The notes beneath the pieces were generated by a model. The model saw only the letters and a program-made list of their open reading frames with translations. It made no database searches and had not been told where the DNA came from. From positions 42,188 to 106,187 of the forward strand of contig JAHHIK010000010.1 of the NCBI GenBank assembly GCA_019358935.1: a stretch of DNA of 64,000 nt, read 5' to 3'. A program made the position numbers and the translations under genes. Within the stretch, counting starts at the first letter, position 1; every line of letters begins with the position of its first letter. Source of the stretch: Tolypothrix carrinoi HA7290-LM1 (lineage in GTDB: Bacteria; Cyanobacteriota; Cyanobacteriia; Cyanobacteriales; Nostocaceae). Shown here piece by piece: positions 10,997 to 20,234 of the stretch.

Positions 10997-11323
10997 CTAT
11001 CAACAGAGCGATCGCTGCATGTACTGGTAAGATAACCGAACTTTTATCAGCCAGACTTGCAGCTATATCATATTGAAAACTAAACTGTTGGCTACTTATG
11101 CTACCTGCGGCTTTTCTAATATCCAGGTTCTCGACTGCAATACATAACAGCCAAAATCAGAATGTAGTCCTGCTTAATTGTGTAGAGAATTGCATAGGTC
11201 AACTTCACAACTATAACATTTGCGAAGCCATAGTATAACTATAATTATACCATGATGTTATCACTTATAATCAAAGCATTCAAATCTGTTTCGATCGCCA
11301 GTTGCCGATTTTCTTCGAGTTCT
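10997..11323. repeat. Direct repeat copy A: collapsed copy of the TA locus at 19046-20160
   Basis: Three near-identical collinear blocks: 10997-11075 with 19046-19124, 11099-11197 with 19169-19267 (parE 3' end), and 11227-11323 with 20064-20160. Confidence 0.9.
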
Positions 11324-11359
11324 AATGAAGCAGAGAAAATAGCCGCTTGATCGACGGGG

Positions 11360-14300
11360 TTAATTAGATTTGGGAGCGATCGCAATACCTTGGCAAAGAT
11401 TGCGATCGGCTGGTTTCACCTTGGGGTTATTCCTGAGATAATCATCTGCCCAATTGCAACCGCGTTTGAGCAAATAATCAAGGTCAAAATCCCAAACGGA
11501 AACACCTTCTTGTCCAGCAGCAGCGATACTTTTACCATCTGGGCTAAAACTAACATTATCACTGCCCAATCGCTCGTAAGTTGCCAGTAAAGAACCTTCG
11601 ATATTAAAAAGTTTAATCTTCTTTAAACCTGCTGCTGCGATTATCTTGCCATCGGGACTAAAACTTACACTCGATACAGGTTCTTCAACGTTAAATGTGT
11701 TCAAGCTTTTGTTATCTTGGCTATCTAAACTCCAAAGCTTAACCCCACTATCTTTACTGGCAGATGCGATGAGTTTACCATCGGGACTGAAACTTACACC
11801 TGTAACTCCATTTCCATGCTCTTTAAATTCTTTAATTACTTTGCCAGTTGCAGGTTGCCAAACTTTAACTGTTTTGTCGTCGCTGCCAGATGCGACTAAA
11901 GTACCATTATGATTAAAGCTAACGCTGTTTACATTTTGTTTATGCTCTCTGAAATTTGTCATTATTTGACCATCGCGCTGCCAAATTTTCACGGTATTAT
12001 CATAGCTTGCTGAAGCTATCTTACTGCCATCTGGACTAACACTGACGCTGGAAATAATATTATTATGTCCTGGAAAAGTTTGTAATAACTGTACACTATT
12101 TTGTGTATTTTTTCCCGATGCCTGCGAAATCTGCCAGAGTTTGACAACATCATCGTTAGTCACAATAGCAATTTTGTCACTGTTAGGGATTGCCTCGATA
12201 GATCCGATAAAATTGGTTTTTAAGGTCACTGTTTTTGGCTGTATCAACTTTGCTTTAGCATTTTGATTTATATAGCTATTTATATGCCAAAATTGCACCT
12301 CATTCTCGTTGATACGAGTAGCAAAAGTCTTGTTGTCAGCACTAAATATAGTAGGAGAATCTGGTATTGAATTTTTTAAGTCTTCATCGCTAAGATAGTC
12401 ACCAAAGCGCTCAAGTTCCTCACTGGGTATAGTTTGGAGAATTTCCAGGAAAGTGCCATCACTTCTCCATAACTCCACAGTCCGCTCATTGGTACGAACC
12501 GCTAAAATTTGAGCATCATCGCTGAGAACTACAGAAGGGTAGGGTGAACTGTCACTTGGAACTATGTTTCTGGTTTTGAGTTGGATGGTAGTGTTCTGCG
12601 ATCGCTCAATATTCCAAATAGATATTTTATTACTGCCTGCCCTATAAAAAACCTTTGTTTTTAAATCTTTACTCGATATAGGATTTGCTGGATTTTGGTT
12701 TTTACTACTATCTTGAATTGATGAAATTACAGAACCATCATAATTCAAATATTGTATATAATTATTACTGCTAATCGCTATTTCCTTACTATTAATAATA
12801 AAGCTTATATCAACTTCGCTACTATTTTCTTTATTATTAGGCAGATTAATTTTTTTAATTAAATTACCATTACTATTCCATAATTCTAATTGAAAGTCTT
12901 CAGAATTATAGCTGTTTGGAAGATACTTTTTGACAATAGCTATATCTCCATCGGGACTAAATTTTACTGATATTCTTCTATCCTGCTTTAGAGTTTTGAT
13001 AATTTTACCGTTAACCTCTACAAATTTAAGAGTGTTATCATTCGACCAAAAAGCTAAAGTTTTACTATCAGCGCTAAAGCCCATACTTTTATCATTTTCA
13101 TAATTAATCAAGCCATAGTCATGCAAAGAAGTAATCTGTTTTCCATCTCTCTGCCAAAGTTTGATAGTTTTATCCCGACTGCGGGTTGCAAATTTTTTAC
13201 CATCAGGGCTAAAACTTATCTCCTCAACTCTATCTTTGTGTCCTTTGAGAGTTGTAATCTGCTTACCTTCACTCGAATAAATTTCTACTGTATTATCGCT
13301 CTTGCTGAGAGCAATCATTTTTCCATTATTACTAAAACTTCCTTGAATAAGACTTCCTTGTAGAGTCTTGATATATTTGCCGTCACTTTGCCAAAGCTGT
13401 AGGTTAGTTTCTTGGCTAGCGGAAACAATGCTTTCGCGATCGGCACTAAAATTTACTTCTAGATTATTTCCTGGTAATTTTGCAAATAAAGAGCCGTTAC
13501 GCTGCCAGAGTGTTGCCTCACCATTATACTTATTGATAGCAGCAAGTAATTGACTACTAGGATTAAAACTTATATTTGTTATATAATCATAGTCGTTATA
13601 TTCAGAAGATTTAAAACTCTTCTTTTCCAAACTCCAAAGCTTAATGGTTCTGTCCTCGCTAACAGAAGCAAGCATATCTAATGCTGGATTAAAGCTGATA
13701 TCGGTGACTTTATTTCTATGTCCAGTAAGATTAATAGAGTCTATAAATTCTCTATTAGCTGTTTGAGAACTACTAACTATTATACTGTTCTCTATCTGAT
13801 CGGTATATCTTATTCCATAAGAGCTAGTAGCAACCCCGGTTGCAATAATTTTGCTGTCTGGGCTAAACTTGAAATTTATACTTGGTTCCTGATATACATT
13901 TTCACCAGTATTAAATGAAGAACCATCACTACGCCATAACAAACCAAAACTAGAATTAATAGTTTGACCATCGGGACTAAAACTAAGTCTAGGCAAAAAG
14001 TTTTCTCTAACCTCAATATCATCAATCAAAGATTTGATTTCCTTACCTTCCCGATTCCAAAGTTTTGCGGTTTTATCCAAGCTAGCAGAAACAATTGTTT
14101 GACCATCGGGACTAAAGTTGACGCTCGTGACACTAGCATTATGTCCCGTCGGCAAATCTTTAATTACTTTTCCATTTAAATTCCAAAGTATTATACTGCC
14201 ATCTTTAGCTCCAGAAAGTATTGTTTGACCGTTAGGACTAAAACTAGCACTCACAATTTCTGTTCGTTTATGTACAAATATAGAAATTGGTTTAGTATTT

Positions 14301-17300
14301 ATTTGATTACTTTTGATTGACTTTATATCCCAAAGTTTTAAAGTTTTATCTTCGCTACCAGAGAGAATTTTTTTATTATCTGGACTGAAGATAAGATTAG
14401 TAATTTTTTTATCATGAGCATTATTAATGGTTGCAATTTCTATTCCATCTTGTTGCCAAACCTTCACCACTCCATCGGCACTTCCAGAGGCTATCATTTT
14501 ACCATCAGGACTGTAACTAACTTTGGTGACAGTATCTTTGTGTCCTTCTAAACTATTCCGTTCTCGAATTGTATAAACTACATCTTGTAAAGCGGTCGTC
14601 ACCTGCATTTTAACTTCAGGTGATACCCCAATCGACCACCATTGTTTGATACGTTTGCCTGCTTTTAATGCTTGTACTAATGCCTCTAAATCGTTGTTTG
14701 AATTTAAGAACCTTTGAGATTCATTACTCATCGACATAAGTTGACTATTATTCTGACTTATCAACACTAGTGGTAAGAATATTGCAAATGCTCCAGTAAT
14801 AACCCCTAAAGATACTTTCCAAACTAAACCTTTTCGCTCATCGATGAGTTGCTGTCTGAGAACTTCATTAAGCTTTGCTTCAGTTAACTTCCTTTGCTCT
14901 CGTTCTTTCTCCAGCTCTTTAATCAATCGCTCCGACTGCTGCTGACGTACAAATGGTACTAAATAATCATGAACTAGCTGATAGCGATCGCTCGGAAATC
15001 CTGGTACTTGAAATACCAATCCAGATTTGACTAAAATCTTTAAAATTAAGTTTAATCTTTCTGTCTCTAATGCTAATTCTGCTTCGATTTCGGCACGATT
15101 TTTCAGGGGACGAGTATTGTTTTCATCGGTTAAAATATATAACACTAATTTAGCAAACTGCTCGTTATTCTGACCGCAGTCTTTCACAACCTCTTCTAAA
15201 AAACGTCCTACTAATTCTTCTTTGGGACCATATTCTTGATATTGAGCGAGTGTTGTAATTTTTTCGGTTTGCAGTTGCGCTCCTACTACTTGTAATTCAA
15301 TCGGACGAACTTCATTAAAGTTACTCGCTAAATCTCGCACTAATTCATCAATTAGTTCGACATCGAGATGGAATTGAGAGCTTTCTGTTAAATTATCGAT
15401 GACAGAACGAGCATCTTCTGGAGAAAAATTGCCTAAATAGTAGAGGATTTTTTTGTCTAAAATATTGCAGTCGATCGCATCTAGTTTTACCAAGCGATCG
15501 CATTCGAGTAAGTAATGTAAATAATCTTCTCGCAGCGAGAGAATAATCTTTACATAGGGGATATTTAAACAGTCGCGTATAAATTCAAAAAATGGTTGTC
15601 TTTGTACGGGGTCTTTATAAGCAAAGAAAAATTCTTCAAATTGGTCGAAAATTAAAACTGTTAATGAATTATTATCAATATTTTTCTTGAGTTCTGTTGT
15701 AAAAGCTGCCATCGTATCTAAAAAGTGGGGAAAACTTAAACCCTTGACTTCTTCGATAGATTCGACAAAACGACTACCCAAAGTTTTTGCCCAGTCTGTA
15801 TAAACTTGCAACAAAACAGGTACAACGTCCCGTGCTTCAACCGATTTCTGCTTTAAAGCTGGCAATAAACCCGCTTGTACGAGGGAACTTTTACCGACAC
15901 CAGATTGCCCGTAAACTACAGTTAATTTGCAATCGGGACGACCAATTCGTTCGATTAATCGATTTACATCTTGCAACCTTCCAGAAGCGGCAATTTCTGG
16001 AGACACATTTGCTTTGCGATCGCTAACTCCTAACCCAAAGTTAGCTACTTGTCGTCTCGATTGTAAGCGTCCAGCACCAACAAAAGCCCGCAATCCATAT
16101 TGTTGTTCTATCGATCGCAATTCTTGTTTAATATCAAATGCTTCTAAGTATTTGCTTTGGTCAAAGTAAAGCTTTTGCAGGGTGGAAAGAATGCGAATGT
16201 AAAACAAAGGGTCTAACTGGGGATTGCTATGAAAACGAGCAGTTTCTAAATGAGAAATAGCTTCGCTTGTTTGCTCAAGATGTTGTTGTGCTTGGGCTAA
16301 TAATAATAAGTATATATTGCGAAAATTTTTACGTTCCCAATCCAAAATTGTAGTTTGATTTGCTGGGATATTATCTTGATTTGGGACGATGATATCATTA
16401 TGTTGTAGTGCTAATTCCGCATATTCCTTCGCTTGCATCCATTCTGATTTTTGTAAGGCTACTTCTGCCATTAATCCATAACTATAACCGAGCTTTACGG
16501 GTTCCGGATGGGCTTTATGCAAATTAATCGCTTGAGTCGCAACCTTTTCTAGTTCCTCCCACGCTGCTAATTGAGTTAATACTTCTCCCCATAGATTAAT
16601 ATATTTTGCTGCCAAATTTGGTTGATGATGCTGTTCAAAAATATCTACACATTTTTGAAAATATTCTTTAGCTTGCTCGCAAGCTTGCCGATGTTCGCTA
16701 CGATGTATATTCGCATATTGTCGCCACCACAAACCTAGATGCAATAGCACACATCCGTAACGTTTGATATCATCTAGATGGCTATTTTCCCTATCTGTAA
16801 CTCGCTGCTGCCAGAAATCTAAACTTTGTTCGTAGTACGCTCGCGCTTCTGATTTCTTATTACTTGCATCTGCTTCTCTACCTAGCAAAAATTGAATACT
16901 TGCTGCTAATGGTGCTAATGGCTGCATTGATTTTTGTAAATCTTTGACAGCCAATTCCATTTCTAAAAAATGATAGGTATCAAAATCAAGATTTAATGAG
17001 GCATTATCTAAAAATATCCCGGAAACTGCATTGAGAATTGCGGAAAATACTAAGGATATAGTTTCTTCTAACTTAGTAATTAACTCATTAGTTTCGATTT
17101 CAAACTTAATGGAATTACCTGTCCAATTTTTAAAGTCTGGCATTCGACGAATCAATTTTTGGAAGATTTCATCGTTTACCCATAGCACAATCGGAAATTG
17201 AAAATTCTTGCGAAATTCTTCTCTAACTTGATTTGTGGAAATTAAAACTTGGTCAACAGCCTCAACTAACTCCAAGCCAAATATCATTAAAGCTGAAGGT

Positions 17301-17560
17301 TGTCTATCTTTCAAATCAGCTTGAATTGTTGTAAAAAGGGTTTTGACTGACTTTGACAGGTGCAACTCATGAATTTCCATCGGACACTGTTGCTTCAATC
17401 GCTGCACCATTTCATCTTGCAAACTGCGGTAGTTACAGCGTGCAATAATCAAGACAAAATTTTCTTGAGAATTGGTAATTGATCGCGCTAATTTTCGCAA
17501 AGAGCGTTCGTTATCAACTACAATTTTTTCTGGAATTTGTTTGGGTTCTGGGGATATCAT
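11360..17560 (-). CDS. Large STAND-type (nSTAND1-like) NTPase with TPR-like region, TM helix and C-terminal WD40 repeats
   Basis: Walker A GQSGVGKS, Walker B VLIFDQFEEFF, HDYLV motif, TM segment LVWKVSLGVITGAFAIFLPLVLI, and many GH...FSPDG...D.T.KLW repeats. Confidence 0.9.
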   Translation of the reverse strand: MISPEPKQIPEKIVVDNERSLRKLARSITNSQENFVLIIARCNYRSLQDEMVQRLKQQCPMEIHELHLSKSVKTLFTTIQADLKDRQPSALMIFGLELVEAVDQVLISTNQVREEFRKNFQFPIVLWVNDEIFQKLIRRMPDFKNWTGNSIKFEIETNELITKLEETISLVFSAILNAVSGIFLDNASLNLDFDTYHFLEMELAVKDLQKSMQPLAPLAASIQFLLGREADASNKKSEARAYYEQSLDFWQQRVTDRENSHLDDIKRYGCVLLHLGLWWRQYANIHRSEHRQACEQAKEYFQKCVDIFEQHHQPNLAAKYINLWGEVLTQLAAWEELEKVATQAINLHKAHPEPVKLGYSYGLMAEVALQKSEWMQAKEYAELALQHNDIIVPNQDNIPANQTTILDWERKNFRNIYLLLLAQAQQHLEQTSEAISHLETARFHSNPQLDPLFYIRILSTLQKLYFDQSKYLEAFDIKQELRSIEQQYGLRAFVGAGRLQSRRQVANFGLGVSDRKANVSPEIAASGRLQDVNRLIERIGRPDCKLTVVYGQSGVGKSSLVQAGLLPALKQKSVEARDVVPVLLQVYTDWAKTLGSRFVESIEEVKGLSFPHFLDTMAAFTTELKKNIDNNSLTVLIFDQFEEFFFAYKDPVQRQPFFEFIRDCLNIPYVKIILSLREDYLHYLLECDRLVKLDAIDCNILDKKILYYLGNFSPEDARSVIDNLTESSQFHLDVELIDELVRDLASNFNEVRPIELQVVGAQLQTEKITTLAQYQEYGPKEELVGRFLEEVVKDCGQNNEQFAKLVLYILTDENNTRPLKNRAEIEAELALETERLNLILKILVKSGLVFQVPGFPSDRYQLVHDYLVPFVRQQQSERLIKELEKEREQRKLTEAKLNEVLRQQLIDERKGLVWKVSLGVITGAFAIFLPLVLISQNNSQLMSMSNESQRFLNSNNDLEALVQALKAGKRIKQWWSIGVSPEVKMQVTTALQDVVYTIRERNSLEGHKDTVTKVSYSPDGKMIASGSADGVVKVWQQDGIEIATINNAHDKKITNLIFSPDNKKILSGSEDKTLKLWDIKSIKSNQINTKPISIFVHKRTEIVSASFSPNGQTILSGAKDGSIILWNLNGKVIKDLPTGHNASVTSVNFSPDGQTIVSASLDKTAKLWNREGKEIKSLIDDIEVRENFLPRLSFSPDGQTINSSFGLLWRSDGSSFNTGENVYQEPSINFKFSPDSKIIATGVATSSYGIRYTDQIENSIIVSSSQTANREFIDSINLTGHRNKVTDISFNPALDMLASVSEDRTIKLWSLEKKSFKSSEYNDYDYITNISFNPSSQLLAAINKYNGEATLWQRNGSLFAKLPGNNLEVNFSADRESIVSASQETNLQLWQSDGKYIKTLQGSLIQGSFSNNGKMIALSKSDNTVEIYSSEGKQITTLKGHKDRVEEISFSPDGKKFATRSRDKTIKLWQRDGKQITSLHDYGLINYENDKSMGFSADSKTLAFWSNDNTLKFVEVNGKIIKTLKQDRRISVKFSPDGDIAIVKKYLPNSYNSEDFQLELWNSNGNLIKKINLPNNKENSSEVDISFIINSKEIAISSNNYIQYLNYDGSVISSIQDSSKNQNPANPISSKDLKTKVFYRAGSNKISIWNIERSQNTTIQLKTRNIVPSDSSPYPSVVLSDDAQILAVRTNERTVELWRSDGTFLEILQTIPSEELERFGDYLSDEDLKNSIPDSPTIFSADNKTFATRINENEVQFWHINSYINQNAKAKLIQPKTVTLKTNFIGSIEAIPNSDKIAIVTNDDVVKLWQISQASGKNTQNSVQLLQTFPGHNNIISSVSVSPDGSKIASASYDNTVKIWQRDGQIMTNFREHKQNVNSVSFNHNGTLVASGSDDKTVKVWQPATGKVIKEFKEHGNGVTGVSFSPDGKLIASASKDSGVKLWSLDSQDNKSLNTFNVEEPVSSVSFSPDGKIIAAAGLKKIKLFNIEGSLLATYERLGSDNVSFSPDGKSIAAAGQEGVSVWDFDLDYLLKRGCNWADDYLRNNPKVKPADRNLCQGIAIAPKSN

Positions 17561-18861
17561 AATTTAAATTTCTTCGACTCTGCGATCGCAGGATTAATAT
17601 CAAACCAGCGTCCTTCTAGATCGCGGTATTCAAATAAAAACATACTTCTAAGTAGTGTTTGGTATTCTTCCTCACCTTTTACGTTGTCTTTATTTTGCAA
17701 AATTTGATGTAGTAACGTCCACTCATCTTCACTAATTGCCGATATCAAATCATCTCGGTATTCACGGATAACCATTTCCAAACAATCACGTTGAATTGGT
17801 GGGTCATTTTCTTGCAGGCAACTATAAAGTAATACTAGTAAATTGCGGACATGACCGCCACTAACCCTAATTAAACGGTCTAAAGTGTCAGCCGCATCAA
17901 ACACATCAGTAATGCGATCGCATCGCTCTTTTTCTCCGAGTCGAGGAAAAGCACGCGCTAAAACCATCTGCCGTAACAAATCCATCCCTTGTTGATTATC
18001 CCCTCCCTGGCGAGATTTCACTGTCACCATCGGTAAGACAAGCGGTTTGACTCCAAAGCGATTGGTCAATGTACTTAACTCATTTGAAAAAATTAACACC
18101 AAAGGAATTGTGTACACCACATGGCAATTAAGTTTCTTTAGCTGCTCTCCTCTATCAATAAAAAGATACTCCGGTTGCGAACGTCCCGTAGTTTTTAGCG
18201 AAATATCAACGCGATCGAGATTATCGATGATGACAACCAAACCTTTGTATCCTTGTTGCTTCAATTCCTGCTTGGCAGTCTCTAATATCTGTTGGTTGAT
18301 AGCATCTAAAATACCACTGGTGCGTGGTTCTAAATATTGACGTAATTGACTGCGGAGTCTGGGACTATCTTTTGTTTTGGCAGTAACTTTCCCAATACCC
18401 ATTGGTAGAGAAAATTCAAATTCGGGAATTACTGGTGTTTGTAGAAAATCAGCGATTTCATTAAACAAACTCACAAAATAACTTGGCTTCAACCTAATAT
18501 TAACGCTCTCTAAACTGACGCTAACTTGACGGGTAATAGCCAGCAAAATATCGCTGACATCAACATCAGCCATATCTAAATCTGCACTAGACTCAAAATA
18601 AACCACATGAAAACCTTGCCGTTCTAGTTCGTCTTTGAGTCGGAATAGCTCTGTAGATTTGCCACAACCGATATGTCCCGTAAATAGTTGGCAGGTTGAA
18701 GAGTCAACTTGATGGGCGATCGTTCGTCGCAACCTTTGGACTACATTTCCTCCACGTACCGATGAAAAGTCAATATAATATTGTTGGTCTTCTCTATTCT
18801 CAATCTTTAAAGTTTTACTAGGATTGCAAGCATTAAAAAATTTTATTGGGTCTAATGTCAT
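17557..18861 (-). CDS. P-loop ATPase (STAND/KAP-like), partner of the WD40 gene
   Basis: Walker A GHIGCGKS, Walker B VVIIDNLD and SGGHVR motif. ATGA overlap with the downstream gene. Confidence 0.88.
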   Translation of the reverse strand: MTLDPIKFFNACNPSKTLKIENREDQQYYIDFSSVRGGNVVQRLRRTIAHQVDSSTCQLFTGHIGCGKSTELFRLKDELERQGFHVVYFESSADLDMADVDVSDILLAITRQVSVSLESVNIRLKPSYFVSLFNEIADFLQTPVIPEFEFSLPMGIGKVTAKTKDSPRLRSQLRQYLEPRTSGILDAINQQILETAKQELKQQGYKGLVVIIDNLDRVDISLKTTGRSQPEYLFIDRGEQLKKLNCHVVYTIPLVLIFSNELSTLTNRFGVKPLVLPMVTVKSRQGGDNQQGMDLLRQMVLARAFPRLGEKERCDRITDVFDAADTLDRLIRVSGGHVRNLLVLLYSCLQENDPPIQRDCLEMVIREYRDDLISAISEDEWTLLHQILQNKDNVKGEEEYQTLLRSMFLFEYRDLEGRWFDINPAIAESKKFKL

Positions 18862-18996
18862 AGAAATCTCTTGATATAGGATTACTATTTGATTTTTGAA
18901 AAGATACGTAGGGAAGGCAAAAAGGGGTGTGGATGTTCCTCCCCCTTTATTGCCGTTGTGTTAGCTTAGAGAGTACGGCACCATTTTCAAGGGTTT

Positions 18997-19029
18997 GGTG
19001 CGTTAGACGGAACGTCTAACGCACCCTAC
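18997..19029. repeat. REP-like palindrome
   Basis: GGTGCGTTAGACG-GAA-CGTCTAACGCACC-CTAC. Confidence 0.65.
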
Positions 19030-19170
19030 AATACTTAAATTTTTTCTATCAACAGAGCGATCGCTGCATGTACTGGTAAGATAACCGAACTTTTATCAGC
19101 CAGACTTGCAGCTATATTATATTAGAAACGAAGCAGGCAAACGTAATATTAAGCTGGTAGCGACTTTGTG

Positions 19171-19461
19171 CTACCTGCGGCTTTTCCAATATCCAGGTTC
19201 TCGACTGCAATACATAACAGCCAAAATCAAAATATAGTCCTGCTCAATTGTATAAAGAATTCCATAAGGAAACTTTTGAGTCAAACATCTGCGAACGTCC
19301 TCATCAAGCACAGCCCAACGAGTCGGAGACTCTTTTATTCGATAAACTGCATCCTCAACAGCATCAATAAAAGCTTGCGCTACCTCAGCACGTTGCTTTG
19401 CATAATACTGCACAGCTTCAGTATATTCAGTGAGTGCCTCAGGGTGAAATACATACTTCAT
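19171..19461 (-). CDS. RelE/ParE family type II toxin
   Basis: FHPEA..EY.EA..YY, RRCL..KFPYGILY and ILILAV..SREPGYW. ATGA overlap with the antitoxin. Confidence 0.9.
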   Translation of the reverse strand: MKYVFHPEALTEYTEAVQYYAKQRAEVAQAFIDAVEDAVYRIKESPTRWAVLDEDVRRCLTQKFPYGILYTIEQDYILILAVMYCSREPGYWKSRR

Positions 19462-19688
19462 TGCCCAAGTAGTCGCCTCACTTGAGCCAAAGCTTGTTCT
19501 CCTGGAATCGGTTGGACATCTTTACTGCGAACCTCATCCCGTCGTTTCTGTGCCTCATCAATCCAAGCTGCTTGAATTGTTGGGTCTGTATCAAATTCCA
19601 AGCTTTCCACTATCTTTTCTGCCAAGAGCGCCCTCGACGCACTAGGCAAAGATAGGATTTCTTCTGTCAGTTGCTCAATTGACCGCAT
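19458..19688 (-). CDS. Addiction-module antitoxin (TIGR02574-like)
   Basis: L.LP...RA.LAE....SL and AW..EA.KR. Lies directly upstream of the ParE toxin. Confidence 0.88.
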   Translation of the reverse strand: MRSIEQLTEEILSLPSASRALLAEKIVESLEFDTDPTIQAAWIDEAQKRRDEVRSKDVQPIPGEQALAQVRRLLGQ

Positions 19689-19715
19689 AGCTACCCGCAG
19701 AATGTTGAATTCTGC

Positions 19716-19781
19716 TCACAGTGTAACAACAATTGCAACTAGTCTTGGCATATCTGCCCACCAAATTTCACCTTGCTGCAT
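19716..19781 (-). pseudogene. N-terminal remnant of a PemK/MazF toxin
   Basis: MQQGEIWWADMP start coupled by TAATG to the RHH antitoxin stop. The ORF stops after 21 codons. Confidence 0.75.
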
Positions 19782-20062
19782 TACCAGGTTTCCTTTAGCA
19801 ATGTGTGGGTTTGTAGTTCAACCAAAAATGGGTTAAGACTACTATCCTCATCAGCGTACACAGCATCTAACTGCTCTGTAATGCGTAGGCGTAGTCCGCC
19901 GTTCGCGGAGCGTCTCCGACAGGAGAAGGCATCGCTACGATGAGCTTTTAAGTATTCTTGGAGCGCTACAGCATACAGTTCGCTTCGAGATAGCCCCATT
20001 CGTTTTGCAAAGTTTTCCGCAGCTTCAAAAATAGTATCTGGGATTGAAATAGCTGTTTTCAT
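19781..20062 (-). CDS. Ribbon-helix-helix (MazE-like) antitoxin with a 15-aa in-frame mini-element insertion
   Basis: MKTAISIPD.IFEAAE.FA..MGLSRSELY..AL...L, then ITEQLDAVY. Confidence 0.8.
   Translation of the reverse strand: MKTAISIPDTIFEAAENFAKRMGLSRSELYAVALQEYLKAHRSDAFSCRRRSANGGLRLRITEQLDAVYADEDSSLNPFLVELQTHTLLKETW
19886..19930. mobile_element. Nested SDR elements (21 bp + 24 bp) inserted in a HIP1 site
   Basis: GCG[45 bp]ATCGC. The inner 24-mer GTTCGCGGAGCGTCTCCGACAGGA (19901-19924) resembles 54050-54073. Confidence 0.8.
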
Positions 20063-20069
20063 CGCCATA

Positions 20070-20087
20070 GTATAACTATAGTTATAC
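20070..20087. promoter_or_regulatory. Perfect 18-bp palindrome, putative antitoxin operator overlapping the -10 box
   Basis: GTATAACTATAGTTATAC immediately upstream of the RHH antitoxin start. Confidence 0.6.
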
Positions 20088-20234
20088 CATGATGTTATCA
20101 CTTATAATCAAAGGACTCAAATCTGTTTCGATCGCCAGTTGCCGATTTTCTTCGAGTTCTTCTGTGAATCATTGCAGCGATGTTTGACGACAAGATGGGA
20201 AACGTCTATGCATCCTGTTTATTTGCCCGAAGTA

